Virus genome (UHGV): UHGV-1359486
Direction: 5' to 3' (one strand)
Length of the DNA stretch: 37,770 nucleotides
Source of the DNA: a virus
Shown: piece after piece, positions 30,537-37,770 of the stretch
Position numbering within the stretch: the first letter of the stretch is position 1
Layout of the letters: every line of letters starts with the position of its first letter
Made by a program: the position numbers and the translations under genes
Notes under the pieces: generated by a model
The model's input: the letters and a program-made list of their open reading frames with translations, nothing else
Told to the model about the DNA's origin: nothing
The model's database searches: none

Positions 30537-30725
30537 ATGGATATTACGATTTTGTGCTCATCTGCTGATTGCAGTTCAGGGGTTGGAATAATGGAGGTAA
30601 AGGTCATCGATGTGGCTGATATTTCAATTCCAGAAGAATACCAAAATGAAGTGCTCAGAACCGCTATTAGTGAAGAAAATATAATTAAATACCTTAAAAG
30701 TCAGGGTTATTTAGTTACTTGTTAA
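30537..30725 (+). CDS. Hypothetical protein (62 aa)
   Basis: AGGAG RBS. Confidence 0.5.
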   Translation: MDITILCSSADCSSGVGIMEVKVIDVADISIPEEYQNEVLRTAISEENIIKYLKSQGYLVTC

Positions 30726-30738
30726 TAACGGAGGGAGT

Positions 30739-30948
30739 ATGACAGATAAAACAGGTGGAGCCGCGTTTCCGGCAAGTGGTCACCCAGGGAAACAGCACTT
30801 ATCGCAGGAAGGAATGACGCTGCGGGATTATTTCGCAGCAAAGGCTATGGCATCAGTCCCGTTAGCTTTAGATAGTAATGAGCAACAATTAATAGCCAAT
30901 GCTGCTTATGCACAGGCAGACGCAATGCTCAGAGCAATGGAGAAATAA
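30739..30948 (+). CDS. Hypothetical protein (69 aa)
   Basis: GGAGGGA RBS. Confidence 0.5.
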   Translation: MTDKTGGAAFPASGHPGKQHLSQEGMTLRDYFAAKAMASVPLALDSNEQQLIANAAYAQADAMLRAMEK

Positions 30949-30950
30949 CA

Positions 30951-31337
30951 ATGTCAGGACACCCACACGCTGACCTTATGGCTAAGGCAGCAGAGATAGC
31001 GAAGACGGATCAGTATTGGCAGCGGCACTTTGAGGAAAAATTTCACAGTACGGATAAGTGGAATCCAATGTCAGATGTGTTCTTTCAAACACACAGAGAA
31101 TATCGGCTAAAGCCCAGCTTCATAGACATTAACGGGCATCAGGTTCCGGAGCCGGTGCGGGAGCCTCTGGAAGACGACCAAGAGTACTGGATAGCGGACA
31201 TTCGATATGCGGTATCTGTTTTTAATTGGGAGAATAATGACGCTGACAATCGCTGGCTTGAACGCGGCATCATTCATCTAACCAAAGAAGCCGCAGAAGC
31301 CCACTCAGCCGCCCTGCTCTCTTTCACACAGAAGTAA
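30951..31337 (+). CDS. Hypothetical protein (128 aa)
   Basis: GGAGAA RBS. Confidence 0.5.
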   Translation: MSGHPHADLMAKAAEIAKTDQYWQRHFEEKFHSTDKWNPMSDVFFQTHREYRLKPSFIDINGHQVPEPVREPLEDDQEYWIADIRYAVSVFNWENNDADNRWLERGIIHLTKEAAEAHSAALLSFTQK

Positions 31338-31377
31338 CCCACCCTATCCAACCTCGGGATATCAGCAGGTAAACAAC

Positions 31378-31509
31378 ATGAACATGCTTAAACAGCAGGA
31401 GCATCGCTACAAGCTTTGTAGTGAGAGTTTCGCACGTAAAAAATCAGGCTTAAAGCCGGTGTTAATTACATTTCTGGCGCTGACAGTTGTTCTGTTGTTC
31501 GCCAGATGA
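31378..31509 (+). CDS. Small C-terminally anchored membrane peptide (43 aa)
   Basis: Hand-translated MNMLKQQEHRYKLCSESFARKKSGLKPVLITFLALTVVLLFAR; below track cut-off. Confidence 0.35.
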   Translation: MNMLKQQEHRYKLCSESFARKKSGLKPVLITFLALTVVLLFAR

Positions 31510-31518
31510 GGGGGATTT

Positions 31519-31764
31519 ATGCAGATAACTTGCGACCACTTCAGCGTTTCCGGAAGAACCGGTGAGCCGGTAATCACTACCCACGGACGGGTATTTATCA
31601 ACGGACTTGATTCTGAGGCTATAAGAAATAGCGATGCCGATATACAGGAGTTAGTCGGCAACTGGCTGCGGAGTATGGATGAGCAATCAGCGGTTGAGAC
31701 GCTACGGAAAGCAGGGTTCGACATGGACGTTATCGCACAACTTGCAAGGAGGAGCGCAGCATGA
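31519..31764 (+). CDS. Hypothetical protein (81 aa)
   Basis: GAGGGGG RBS; ATGA-coupled to next gene. Confidence 0.5.
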   Translation: MQITCDHFSVSGRTGEPVITTHGRVFINGLDSEAIRNSDADIQELVGNWLRSMDEQSAVETLRKAGFDMDVIAQLARRSAA

Positions 31765-31991
31765 ACGCATACGCAGCACAGGATGCTCAGGAAGAGCGAC
31801 GGCTGGAGCATGCAGCATGGCAGGATGCCGTGGACATGGAAGTTAGCGAACTGGCAACGGATGCTTTTAATAAACTCCCTCAGCGCCTTCTGGATGAAGT
31901 AAGCGAGGACCTGCAAGAGGCGATATGGAAATCACTTTTTGACGTTATTGGCAATATCAGGAGTTCGTATGCAGCCAGGTATCTACGATGA
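31761..31991 (+). CDS. Acidic helical protein (76 aa) immediately upstream of the recombination nuclease
   Basis: AGGAGG RBS; acidic composition. Confidence 0.5.
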   Translation: MNAYAAQDAQEERRLEHAAWQDAVDMEVSELATDAFNKLPQRLLDEVSEDLQEAIWKSLFDVIGNIRSSYAARYLR

Positions 31992-32787
31992 CATCAGCAA
32001 TGATGACTATCACAACGGCCCCGGGATAAGTAAATCGCAGCTGGACCTTATCGAACAATCACCGGCTGACTTTATCTGGCAACGGAATGCCCCGGTGGAT
32101 GAGGAAAAAATAAAGGCTCTGGATTTCGGGACCGCTGTTCACTGCCTTTTGCTTGAGCCTGATGAGTTCAATAACCGGTACAGGATAGGGCCGGAAGTAA
32201 ACAGACGCACATCCGCAGGGAAGCAGGAAGAAAAGGAATTCTTCGAAATGTGCGAAAAAGAAGGAATCACGCCAATCACCCATGACGACAACAGGAAGTT
32301 GATGATCATGCGGGATAGTGCCATGGCCCACCCTATCGCCAAATGGTGCCTTGAAGCTGAAGGAAAAGCCGAGAGCAGCATTTACTGGAATGACAAGGAA
32401 ACGGACATTCTTTGCCGGTGCAGGCCGGACAAACTGATAGGACAACACGGATGGATTGTCGATGTGAAAAGCACCGCGGACATGTCCCGCTTCGAACGCG
32501 CTTTTTACGATATGCGCTATCACGTTCAGGACGCGTTTTACTCAGACGGATATAAGGACCTGTCCGGAGAGTTACCGGTGTTCGTATTTCTCGCGGTCAG
32601 CACAACAATCGACTGCGGAAGATATCCGGTCCGTGTATTCATTATGGATGATGTGGCAAAGGATGCCGGACGGTCCGCATACAAACAAAATCTCAGAACA
32701 TACACCGAGTGCATTAAAACGGATGAATGGCCCGGTCTGAGAACACTATCACTGCCACGCTACGCAAAGGAACTGAGAAATGAGTAA
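31969..32787 (+). CDS. RecE-type exonuclease (nuclease domain only; PD-(D/E)XK)
   Basis: GIYDDISNDDYHNGPGISKSQL, SSIYWND, CRCRPDKL, GWIVDVKSTAD, YHVQDAFYSDGY match the C-terminal nuclease domain of E. coli RecE as recalled. Confidence 0.8.
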   Translation: MQPGIYDDISNDDYHNGPGISKSQLDLIEQSPADFIWQRNAPVDEEKIKALDFGTAVHCLLLEPDEFNNRYRIGPEVNRRTSAGKQEEKEFFEMCEKEGITPITHDDNRKLMIMRDSAMAHPIAKWCLEAEGKAESSIYWNDKETDILCRCRPDKLIGQHGWIVDVKSTADMSRFERAFYDMRYHVQDAFYSDGYKDLSGELPVFVFLAVSTTIDCGRYPVRVFIMDDVAKDAGRSAYKQNLRTYTECIKTDEWPGLRTLSLPRYAKELRNE

Positions 32788-33589
32788 CCCACCAATCGCA
32801 CAGGCGGACCTGCAAAAAGCACAAGGGACCGCGGTTAAAGAAAAAACAAAAGACCAGCAGCTAATCCAGTTCATAAACCAGCCAGGCATGAAAGCTCAAC
32901 TAGCAGCCGCCCTGCCGAGGCATATAACACCGGACCGCATGATCAGGATTGTCACCACCGAGATACGGAAAACTCCATCACTGGCAACCTGTGACATGCA
33001 AAGCTTTATCGGCGCTGTTGTTCAGTGCTCGCAACTTGGCCTTGAGCCAGGTAACGCATTGGGCCACGCCTACCTCCTTCCGTTCGGCAATGGTAAAGCG
33101 GCATCAGGGCAATCAAATATTCAGTTAATTATCGGATATCGCGGCATGATCGACCTCGCCCGCCGATCCGGTCAAATTATCAGTATATCGGCCCGCACTG
33201 TGCGCGAAGGTGACAGTTTTCATTTTGAATATGGCTTAAACGAGGACCTTACACACGTACCCGGCGAAAATGACTCGGGCCCAATCACCCACGTTTATGC
33301 AGTGGCCCGCCTGAAAGAAGGTGGTGTTCAGTTTGAGGTTATGTCTTTCTCTCAGATTGAGAAGGTCCGCGATTCAAGCAAGGCCGGTAAAAATGGTCCA
33401 TGGGTATCTCACTGGGAAGAAATGGCGAAAAAGACCGTCATCCGCCGCCTGTTCAAATATCTGCCGGTATCTATCGAGATGCAGAGGGCCGTCATTCTGG
33501 ATGAAAAAGCAGAGGCCAACGTGGACCAGGAGCATGCATCTATTTTTGAAGGTGAGTACGAAACTGTATCGCCGGAATCCGCGGGGTAA
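32780..33589 (+). CDS. recT: RecT-family single-strand annealing protein
   Basis: 269 aa; LLPFG, IGYRGMIDLARRSG motifs; coupled downstream of the nuclease. Confidence 0.85.
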   Translation: MSNPPIAQADLQKAQGTAVKEKTKDQQLIQFINQPGMKAQLAAALPRHITPDRMIRIVTTEIRKTPSLATCDMQSFIGAVVQCSQLGLEPGNALGHAYLLPFGNGKAASGQSNIQLIIGYRGMIDLARRSGQIISISARTVREGDSFHFEYGLNEDLTHVPGENDSGPITHVYAVARLKEGGVQFEVMSFSQIEKVRDSSKAGKNGPWVSHWEEMAKKTVIRRLFKYLPVSIEMQRAVILDEKAEANVDQEHASIFEGEYETVSPESAG

Positions 33590-33591
33590 TT

Positions 33592-33852
33592 ATGGGCGAC
33601 ATGGGCGATATATTCCGCGCAATGCGTGAAGATGCCAAAGAACGTAAGCAGCAGCGATTAAAAGAAAATACAGGGAAGTTATCAGGAATTGATATTCCGT
33701 TTACAAAGGATGGAAGCGGAACAATTCATTTTTCAACACCAGCCGGAAAAGTTCTGTTTTACCCCACCACAAATAAAATTCAGCACAAGCAAAAGGTCAC
33801 ACGCGGCAATCTGGAAAAGGCTGTCTCGCTGGCTAAAAGTCTTGGTGCATAA
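33592..33852 (+). CDS. Hypothetical protein (86 aa)
   Basis: ORF with ATG. Confidence 0.5.
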   Translation: MGDMGDIFRAMREDAKERKQQRLKENTGKLSGIDIPFTKDGSGTIHFSTPAGKVLFYPTTNKIQHKQKVTRGNLEKAVSLAKSLGA

Positions 33853-33859
33853 CCCCACC

Positions 33860-33878
33860 GTTTCAGGATGAAGCGTAA
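33860..33878. repeat. 19-bp direct repeat GTTTCAGGATGAAGCGTAA, copy 1
   Basis: Identical copy at 34129-34147. Confidence 0.9.
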
Positions 33879-34140
33879 GCCAGAGGAAACAATCATGTGC
33901 ATACAGGAAATGAATGTACGGGTTTACTTTGCCCCTACCAGAAACCGCCGGTATTTCAGCAAGGATGCTGCGATAAAGGCAGAGGTAAAGGCGCGAATAT
34001 TCATGAAATACCCGTTTGAGAGGCCCGAATCCGATACGGGATATCCGGGATATTACATATCAGAAGACAGGCCTGAATTTTATCGCAGAGCGGTGAGATA
34101 TCTGACCTATCTGATTAAAAAGCAAATGGTTTCAGGATGA
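33868..34140 (+). CDS. Hypothetical protein (90 aa; alternative start ATG 33896) flanked by 19-bp direct repeats
   Basis: ORF begins and ends inside the two repeat copies. Confidence 0.45.
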   Translation: MKRKPEETIMCIQEMNVRVYFAPTRNRRYFSKDAAIKAEVKARIFMKYPFERPESDTGYPGYYISEDRPEFYRRAVRYLTYLIKKQMVSG

Positions 34141-34147
34141 AGCGTAA
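34129..34147. repeat. 19-bp direct repeat GTTTCAGGATGAAGCGTAA, copy 2
   Basis: Identical to 33860-33878. Confidence 0.9.
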
Positions 34148-34171
34148 TGCAGGGATGCTGAGGAAATAACA

Positions 34172-34963
34172 ATGACTGCTTACTATAACGAAATCGACCC
34201 GTTCGCTGCTCAGTGGTTACGGAATCTCATTGCTGCCGGCCATATAGCGCCGGGTGTAGTGGACGAAAGGAGTATTGAAGATGTCACACCAGATGATTTA
34301 CGCGGATTCACACAATGCCACTTCTTCGCCGGTATCGGGGTGTGGTCACTCGCACTGCGCCGTGCAGGATGGCCGGATGATAAACAAGTCTGGTCAGGAA
34401 GTTGTCCGTGCCAGCCTTTCAGCGCGGCAGGCAAAGGAAATGGGTTTGCTGACGAGCGGCACCTTTGGCCTGCATTCTTCCACCTCATCAGCGAGTGCAA
34501 ACCTGGCGTTATCTTTGGTGAACAGGTTGCAAGCAAAGACGGCCTCGGGTGGCTCGACCTTGTTCAAACTGACTTGGAAGCAACGAACTACGCCGTCGCC
34601 GCGGTCGATTTATGCGCTGCGGGCTTCGGTGCGCCGCATATCAGACAGCGATTGTTCTGGGTGGGCAACGCCAACAACCAGGGAATGGAAGGAATGCGGG
34701 GATGTGAGTCAGTCATTCTTCCGGAAGGACGGGAAGATGCGAAACGACACGCTATACCGCCAGCTATGGCTGCACATGTTTGGGATGGATGGCAGGCCGT
34801 CACGGGAGCAGATAAAAAATCTCGAATGCTGCCACCTGACTTTGGCGAGAGAACTGATGATGCTGCCGGTAGAGTTGGAAAACTCCGCGCCTACGGAAAT
34901 GCCATCGTCGCGCCGGTCGCGGAAGAATTTATAAGGGCTTATATGCTGATAACAGAGGAATGA
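34172..34963 (+). CDS. DNA (cytosine-5)-methyltransferase-like protein, orphan, short target-recognition region
   Basis: 263 aa; motif I FFAGIGV, motif IV SCPCQPFSAAGK, ENV-like FGEQV, QRL, motif X YGNAIV; no adjacent nuclease gene. Confidence 0.6.
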   Translation: MTAYYNEIDPFAAQWLRNLIAAGHIAPGVVDERSIEDVTPDDLRGFTQCHFFAGIGVWSLALRRAGWPDDKQVWSGSCPCQPFSAAGKGNGFADERHLWPAFFHLISECKPGVIFGEQVASKDGLGWLDLVQTDLEATNYAVAAVDLCAAGFGAPHIRQRLFWVGNANNQGMEGMRGCESVILPEGREDAKRHAIPPAMAAHVWDGWQAVTGADKKSRMLPPDFGERTDDAAGRVGKLRAYGNAIVAPVAEEFIRAYMLITEE

Positions 34964-34968
34964 ATATG
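34953..34968. repeat. 16-bp direct repeat CAGAGGAATGAATATG, copy 1 (second copy 35240-35255)
   Basis: Read directly; each copy supplies RBS and MNM start of the following gene. Confidence 0.9.
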
Positions 34969-35232
34969 TCGCGGCCAATCGACTTAATAGCAGATATCAC
35001 GGATGAGTATATCGCTAGGCATTTTGAAGGGACGAACTACGGGCACACCAACTATCGGGACATCGTTGGCAAAGGATGTCTGAATGCTATGGCCGGATAT
35101 CACAACGGATATACCACACAGTGCATATTGATAAAAATGGGGCTGACCACAGAGAAATTACGGCTGACAAAGCGCGGTCGTGAATTTCTGTTCTGGCATT
35201 TTAACTATCAACCGGTTAATGGGCGGAAATAA
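34960..35232 (+). CDS. Hypothetical protein (90 aa)
   Basis: ATGA-coupled to methyltransferase. Confidence 0.5.
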   Translation: MNMSRPIDLIADITDEYIARHFEGTNYGHTNYRDIVGKGCLNAMAGYHNGYTTQCILIKMGLTTEKLRLTKRGREFLFWHFNYQPVNGRK

Positions 35233-35239
35233 TTCATCG

Positions 35240-35255
35240 CAGAGGAATGAATATG
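35240..35255. repeat. 16-bp direct repeat CAGAGGAATGAATATG, copy 2
   Basis: Identical to 34953-34968. Confidence 0.9.
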
Positions 35256-35537
35256 GCAATAGTTCAGTATTACGTTGCGTGTAAAAAAGATGAAGACCCG
35301 GCATCCGTCACTGAGATTTTTCGCTGTGAATTATCAGACGACCATAATTTCAGTGCTGATGATGACGACTTCGAATTTTGTATAGAAACATGCGCAGAAG
35401 ATTTTCACGACAGATGCGACGGGTGGGAGCGTCATTGGCCTTTATTATTCATGCTGTGGATTGATGGGAAATATATCGGCATGTTTGAAGTTGAACGCGA
35501 ATATGAGCCAACATTTTCAGCCAACAAAGTTAATTAA
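35247..35537 (+). CDS. Acidic hypothetical protein (96 aa)
   Basis: D/E-rich (SDDHNFSADDDDFEF). Confidence 0.5.
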   Translation: MNMAIVQYYVACKKDEDPASVTEIFRCELSDDHNFSADDDDFEFCIETCAEDFHDRCDGWERHWPLLFMLWIDGKYIGMFEVEREYEPTFSANKVN

Positions 35538-35555
35538 GCAGATTCAGGAGGGGTG

Positions 35556-35849
35556 ATGGATAGTAATAATATAGAATTTTTACAGCCAGATGATTTAAAT
35601 AATCTGAAACGGTTCAATGAAAATTGCGAAGATAGTCAAGATTACGACGTACCAAAAGAAAAAATGCACCGCATGGCTAAATTGGGAGTTGTGCGTCGTC
35701 ACAGTAGAAACTATTACAGCATAACATCATTCGGAATGTATTTACTTAATCAAGGTGACGAACTATATAAATTGCCACTTAAAACGCAGTCTGATTACGA
35801 TGCAGAATTCCGATTTAATTTAGCCAATAAAATTCGAGGCTCATCATGA
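35556..35849 (+). CDS. Hypothetical protein (97 aa from ATG; track starts at GTG 35553)
   Basis: AGGAGG RBS; AT-rich. Confidence 0.5.
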   Translation: MDSNNIEFLQPDDLNNLKRFNENCEDSQDYDVPKEKMHRMAKLGVVRRHSRNYYSITSFGMYLLNQGDELYKLPLKTQSDYDAEFRFNLANKIRGSS

Positions 35850-36139
35850 TGGGTATATCACGACAGCAGTTTGAGGAATACATTAAATTGCATACCGACT
35901 CAGCAGGGCTGGAGCTGAAATTAAAAAAAGCAAATAACGGATTAAATTACGCTAACCGGGATGTCGATTTAATGTGGATTGGCTGGCAGGCATCGCGTGA
36001 AATCTTAACTGTTGAATTGCCTTTATCTCTTCACGTAAGAGCCTATGACTATTACACGGACGGCTATAACAGTGGCGTGGATTACTGTGAAGTTATATTG
36101 GAATCTGCGGGAATAAAAGTAATAAGAACCGACCAATAA
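35846..36139 (+). CDS. Hypothetical protein (97 aa)
   Basis: ATGA coupling. Confidence 0.5.
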   Translation: MMGISRQQFEEYIKLHTDSAGLELKLKKANNGLNYANRDVDLMWIGWQASREILTVELPLSLHVRAYDYYTDGYNSGVDYCEVILESAGIKVIRTDQ

Positions 36140-36306
36140 AATCATCGGGGAATAACAATGACAATCGGATTTGTATTACTACTGGTAATGCACGGTGCTG
36201 CTGTGCCTGTTACCGATGATATTTATACGCTCGAGGAATGTGAGAGCCGCGCAGTGCAGGTAATGGCTGTGCGGAATGTTGAATTAGTGTGTGCGGAGGT
36301 TTTCAG

Positions 36307-36675
36307 ATGAGACAAATTAAAATAAGCTCTGGCGCGTGGCAAAAAGATTTAGAAATGGTTGTCACTGTTATCGATGAAGATAAATTTAAAACTCAGTGTG
36401 AGCAAGTTAATAAATTTTATTGTGACGCAGAGTATAGAGCTAAGAAACACGGAAGCCATGAAAAAGCGGGGTTCGCCATGTTCTGCGCTGAGTGTTTTCA
36501 ACAAATGGCATTCAATAACTTTAAAGACGAAGAATGGCTGACTGAGCAATTCGACTGGTCTAAAGATAAAGGAATTGAAGGGTATCCTTCGTTAGATGAT
36601 ATGGGCATTCGAATCGATGAAATTGAGCCATGGTTTATTGATTACGACGAAATGGAAATTACAGGATGGTGTTAA
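36307..36675 (+). CDS. Hypothetical protein (122 aa from ATG; track 36289)
   Basis: GGAGG RBS 8 nt upstream. Confidence 0.5.
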   Translation: MRQIKISSGAWQKDLEMVVTVIDEDKFKTQCEQVNKFYCDAEYRAKKHGSHEKAGFAMFCAECFQQMAFNNFKDEEWLTEQFDWSKDKGIEGYPSLDDMGIRIDEIEPWFIDYDEMEITGWC

Positions 36676-37056
36676 ATGAACAAATATAGTGACAAATCAG
36701 ACTTTGAGATTAATAAGGCTGTGGCTGTTAATATTAATGGCACTGACTCTGTTTTAGAAAAGTTCGGTAGAATATATATCAGTGATGGCGATAGAGGTGC
36801 GATGGTGAGCTTCTCCCCATGCAACAACCCAGCGGACGCATGGCCTATTATTTTAAAAAACAGAATCAGCATTATCATTCCAGGGAATGAATATAGTGAT
36901 GGTTACAGCACTCCATTTGCTGCAAGTGGATTTGATGATGTTTCTCATATAACCAGAAATACATATTATACAGATGAGGAATCATTCAATCAAAACCCAC
37001 TACGCGCAGCAATGGAAGTATTCCTGATGATGAAAGAGGCGGAGAATGGTAAATAG
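36676..37056 (+). CDS. Hypothetical protein (126 aa)
   Basis: ORF with ATG. Confidence 0.5.
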   Translation: MNKYSDKSDFEINKAVAVNINGTDSVLEKFGRIYISDGDRGAMVSFSPCNNPADAWPIILKNRISIIIPGNEYSDGYSTPFAASGFDDVSHITRNTYYTDEESFNQNPLRAAMEVFLMMKEAENGK

Positions 37057-37228
37057 TTACCACTGCGAAGCATGCAACAAGCCACTTAATGAGGATGAGC
37101 TGCTTTATTATGGATTCACCTGTGAAAAATGTGAACGTCATTTCATTACTGAGCATGAAGGAAATAAATTCAAAACCGCAATATCGCTCATCAGGCTCTA
37201 TTTCAGAAAGGTAATTTACTCAGCGTAG
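37046..37228 (+). CDS. Small zinc-ribbon protein (60 aa)
   Basis: CEAC...CEKC motif pairs. Confidence 0.45.
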   Translation: MVNSYHCEACNKPLNEDELLYYGFTCEKCERHFITEHEGNKFKTAISLIRLYFRKVIYSA

Positions 37229-37235
37229 GTGACCA

Positions 37236-37445
37236 ATGACACCACAGGAAGCAGAGAACGGACGCAGACGAATAGCAAGGGAATGCCTGAAGGAATTAAT
37301 GCAGTACACATCAGACGAACAACACACCGCAATACTCGACAAATACACACCGAAATTCAAACCACTTAATCACCTGCGCTTTCCGGCAAAGAGAGTGCTC
37401 GGGTATTACGTGCGTACGTTACAGAAGGAGATGAAGGATGGATAA
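37236..37445 (+). CDS. Hypothetical protein (69 aa)
   Basis: ORF ends overlapping xis start. Confidence 0.45.
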   Translation: MTPQEAENGRRRIARECLKELMQYTSDEQHTAILDKYTPKFKPLNHLRFPAKRVLGYYVRTLQKEMKDG

Positions 37446-37770
37446 AGTCACGATGACACGCGACGAGGCTGCTAAATTTATCGGCGTAAGCCCTGATACG
37501 CTTACGTCATGGTGCCGCGCCGGACGCATTTCGTATCAGCGGAAAGACCCGTTCAAAAAGAAGTCACCCTATCTGTTTACAGAGTCAGCCTGCCTTGCGG
37601 CACTGAGCAATCCGATCAACACTATCGCCGAGAGCGAGATTGATGTGAAAGGAGATCACAAATGTCAATCTTCAAACGTGGTAACTCTTGGTATTGCGAC
37701 TTCGCGACACCTGGCGGCAAGAGAATTAAAAAGTCGCTTGGTACGTCCGACCGGAAGCAAGCCCAGGAGC
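37438..37770 (+). CDS. xis: Excisionase, 5' 111 codons (frame closes at window positions 13-15)
   Basis: GAAGGAG RBS; HTH-like [41 protein letters not shown] resembles P22 Xis; overlaps int start. Confidence 0.7.
   Translation, partial: MDKVTMTRDEAAKFIGVSPDTLTSWCRAGRISYQRKDPFKKKSPYLFTESACLAALSNPINTIAESEIDVKGDHKCQSSNVVTLGIATSRHLAARELKSRLVRPTGSKPRS
37662..37770 (+). CDS. int: Tyrosine integrase, 5' part (continues at 1..1055)
   Basis: [48 protein letters not shown] continues in frame into window position 1. Confidence 0.9.
   Translation, partial: MSIFKRGNSWYCDFATPGGKRIKKSLGTSDRKQAQE

Larger units (their letters stand above)
1..37770. mobile_element. Complete circularly permuted genome of a P22-like temperate phage (excised/circular form; attP present)
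   Basis: int (37662..37770 + 1..1055 = 388 codons) and xis (37438..37770 + 1..15 = 117 codons) close in frame across the window ends; full lambdoid + P22-type gene order. Confidence 0.85.

Noticed and set aside
31407-31916. 169-aa minus-strand ORF
   Set aside because: Antisense to three well-supported plus-strand genes with RBSs; Cys/Ser-rich low-complexity translation; no RBS.
34275-34934. 219-aa plus-strand ORF in an alternative frame across the methyltransferase gene
   Set aside because: The overlapping frame 34172..34963 carries ordered C5-MTase motifs and an RBS; this frame is a GC-rich shadow ORF.
36157-36310. Apparent 50-aa ORF in the gap before gene 36307
   Set aside because: Careful re-translation shows the frame from ATG 36157 stops after 20 codons; the only other ORF (36188-36310, 40 aa) has no RBS. 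Treated as non-coding.
1-37770. CRISPR arrays, rRNA genes, IS elements/transposases
   Set aside because: No spaced direct-repeat array, rRNA-like conserved segments, or DDE transposase-like ORFs were seen; the only direct repeats are short gene-junction duplications and ori iterons.

Overview
This 37,770-bp window is the complete genome of a P22-like temperate phage: a lambdoid regulatory/replication backbone joined to a P22-type short-tailed virion module. It is a circular permutation, because the int and xis reading frames run off the 3' end and continue in frame at position 1. Plus strand, low coordinates: int 3' part (1-1055), attP core carrying the 3' part of a tRNA (1071-1120), and an AT-rich island with an acyltransferase-3 membrane protein (1599-2663). 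Minus strand, read from high to low coordinates: cro, nutR, cII, O with ori iterons, DnaB-type helicase, nin region (NinG/Rap, ASCH, small ORFs), Q, PR'/tR', lysis cassette, terminase, portal, scaffold, coat, gp4/gp10/gp26, ejection proteins and tailspike (2690-4621). Plus strand, high coordinates: cI, OL/PL, nutL, N-like, a 400-nt hairpin-rich ORF-free stretch, small ORFs, a RecE-nuclease/RecT module, an orphan C5-methyltransferase-like gene, a block of small unknown genes, xis and the int 5' part. No rRNA, CRISPR array or transposase was seen. All names rest on motifs and synteny with P22/lambda recalled from memory; no database search was run. I could not recognise any known defence system. 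The least explained candidates are the antisense AT-rich moron between tR' and the holin (20874-21332), the structured ORF-free stretch after N (30143-30536), and the repeat-flanked accessory genes in the early-left operon (33.6-37.4 kb).
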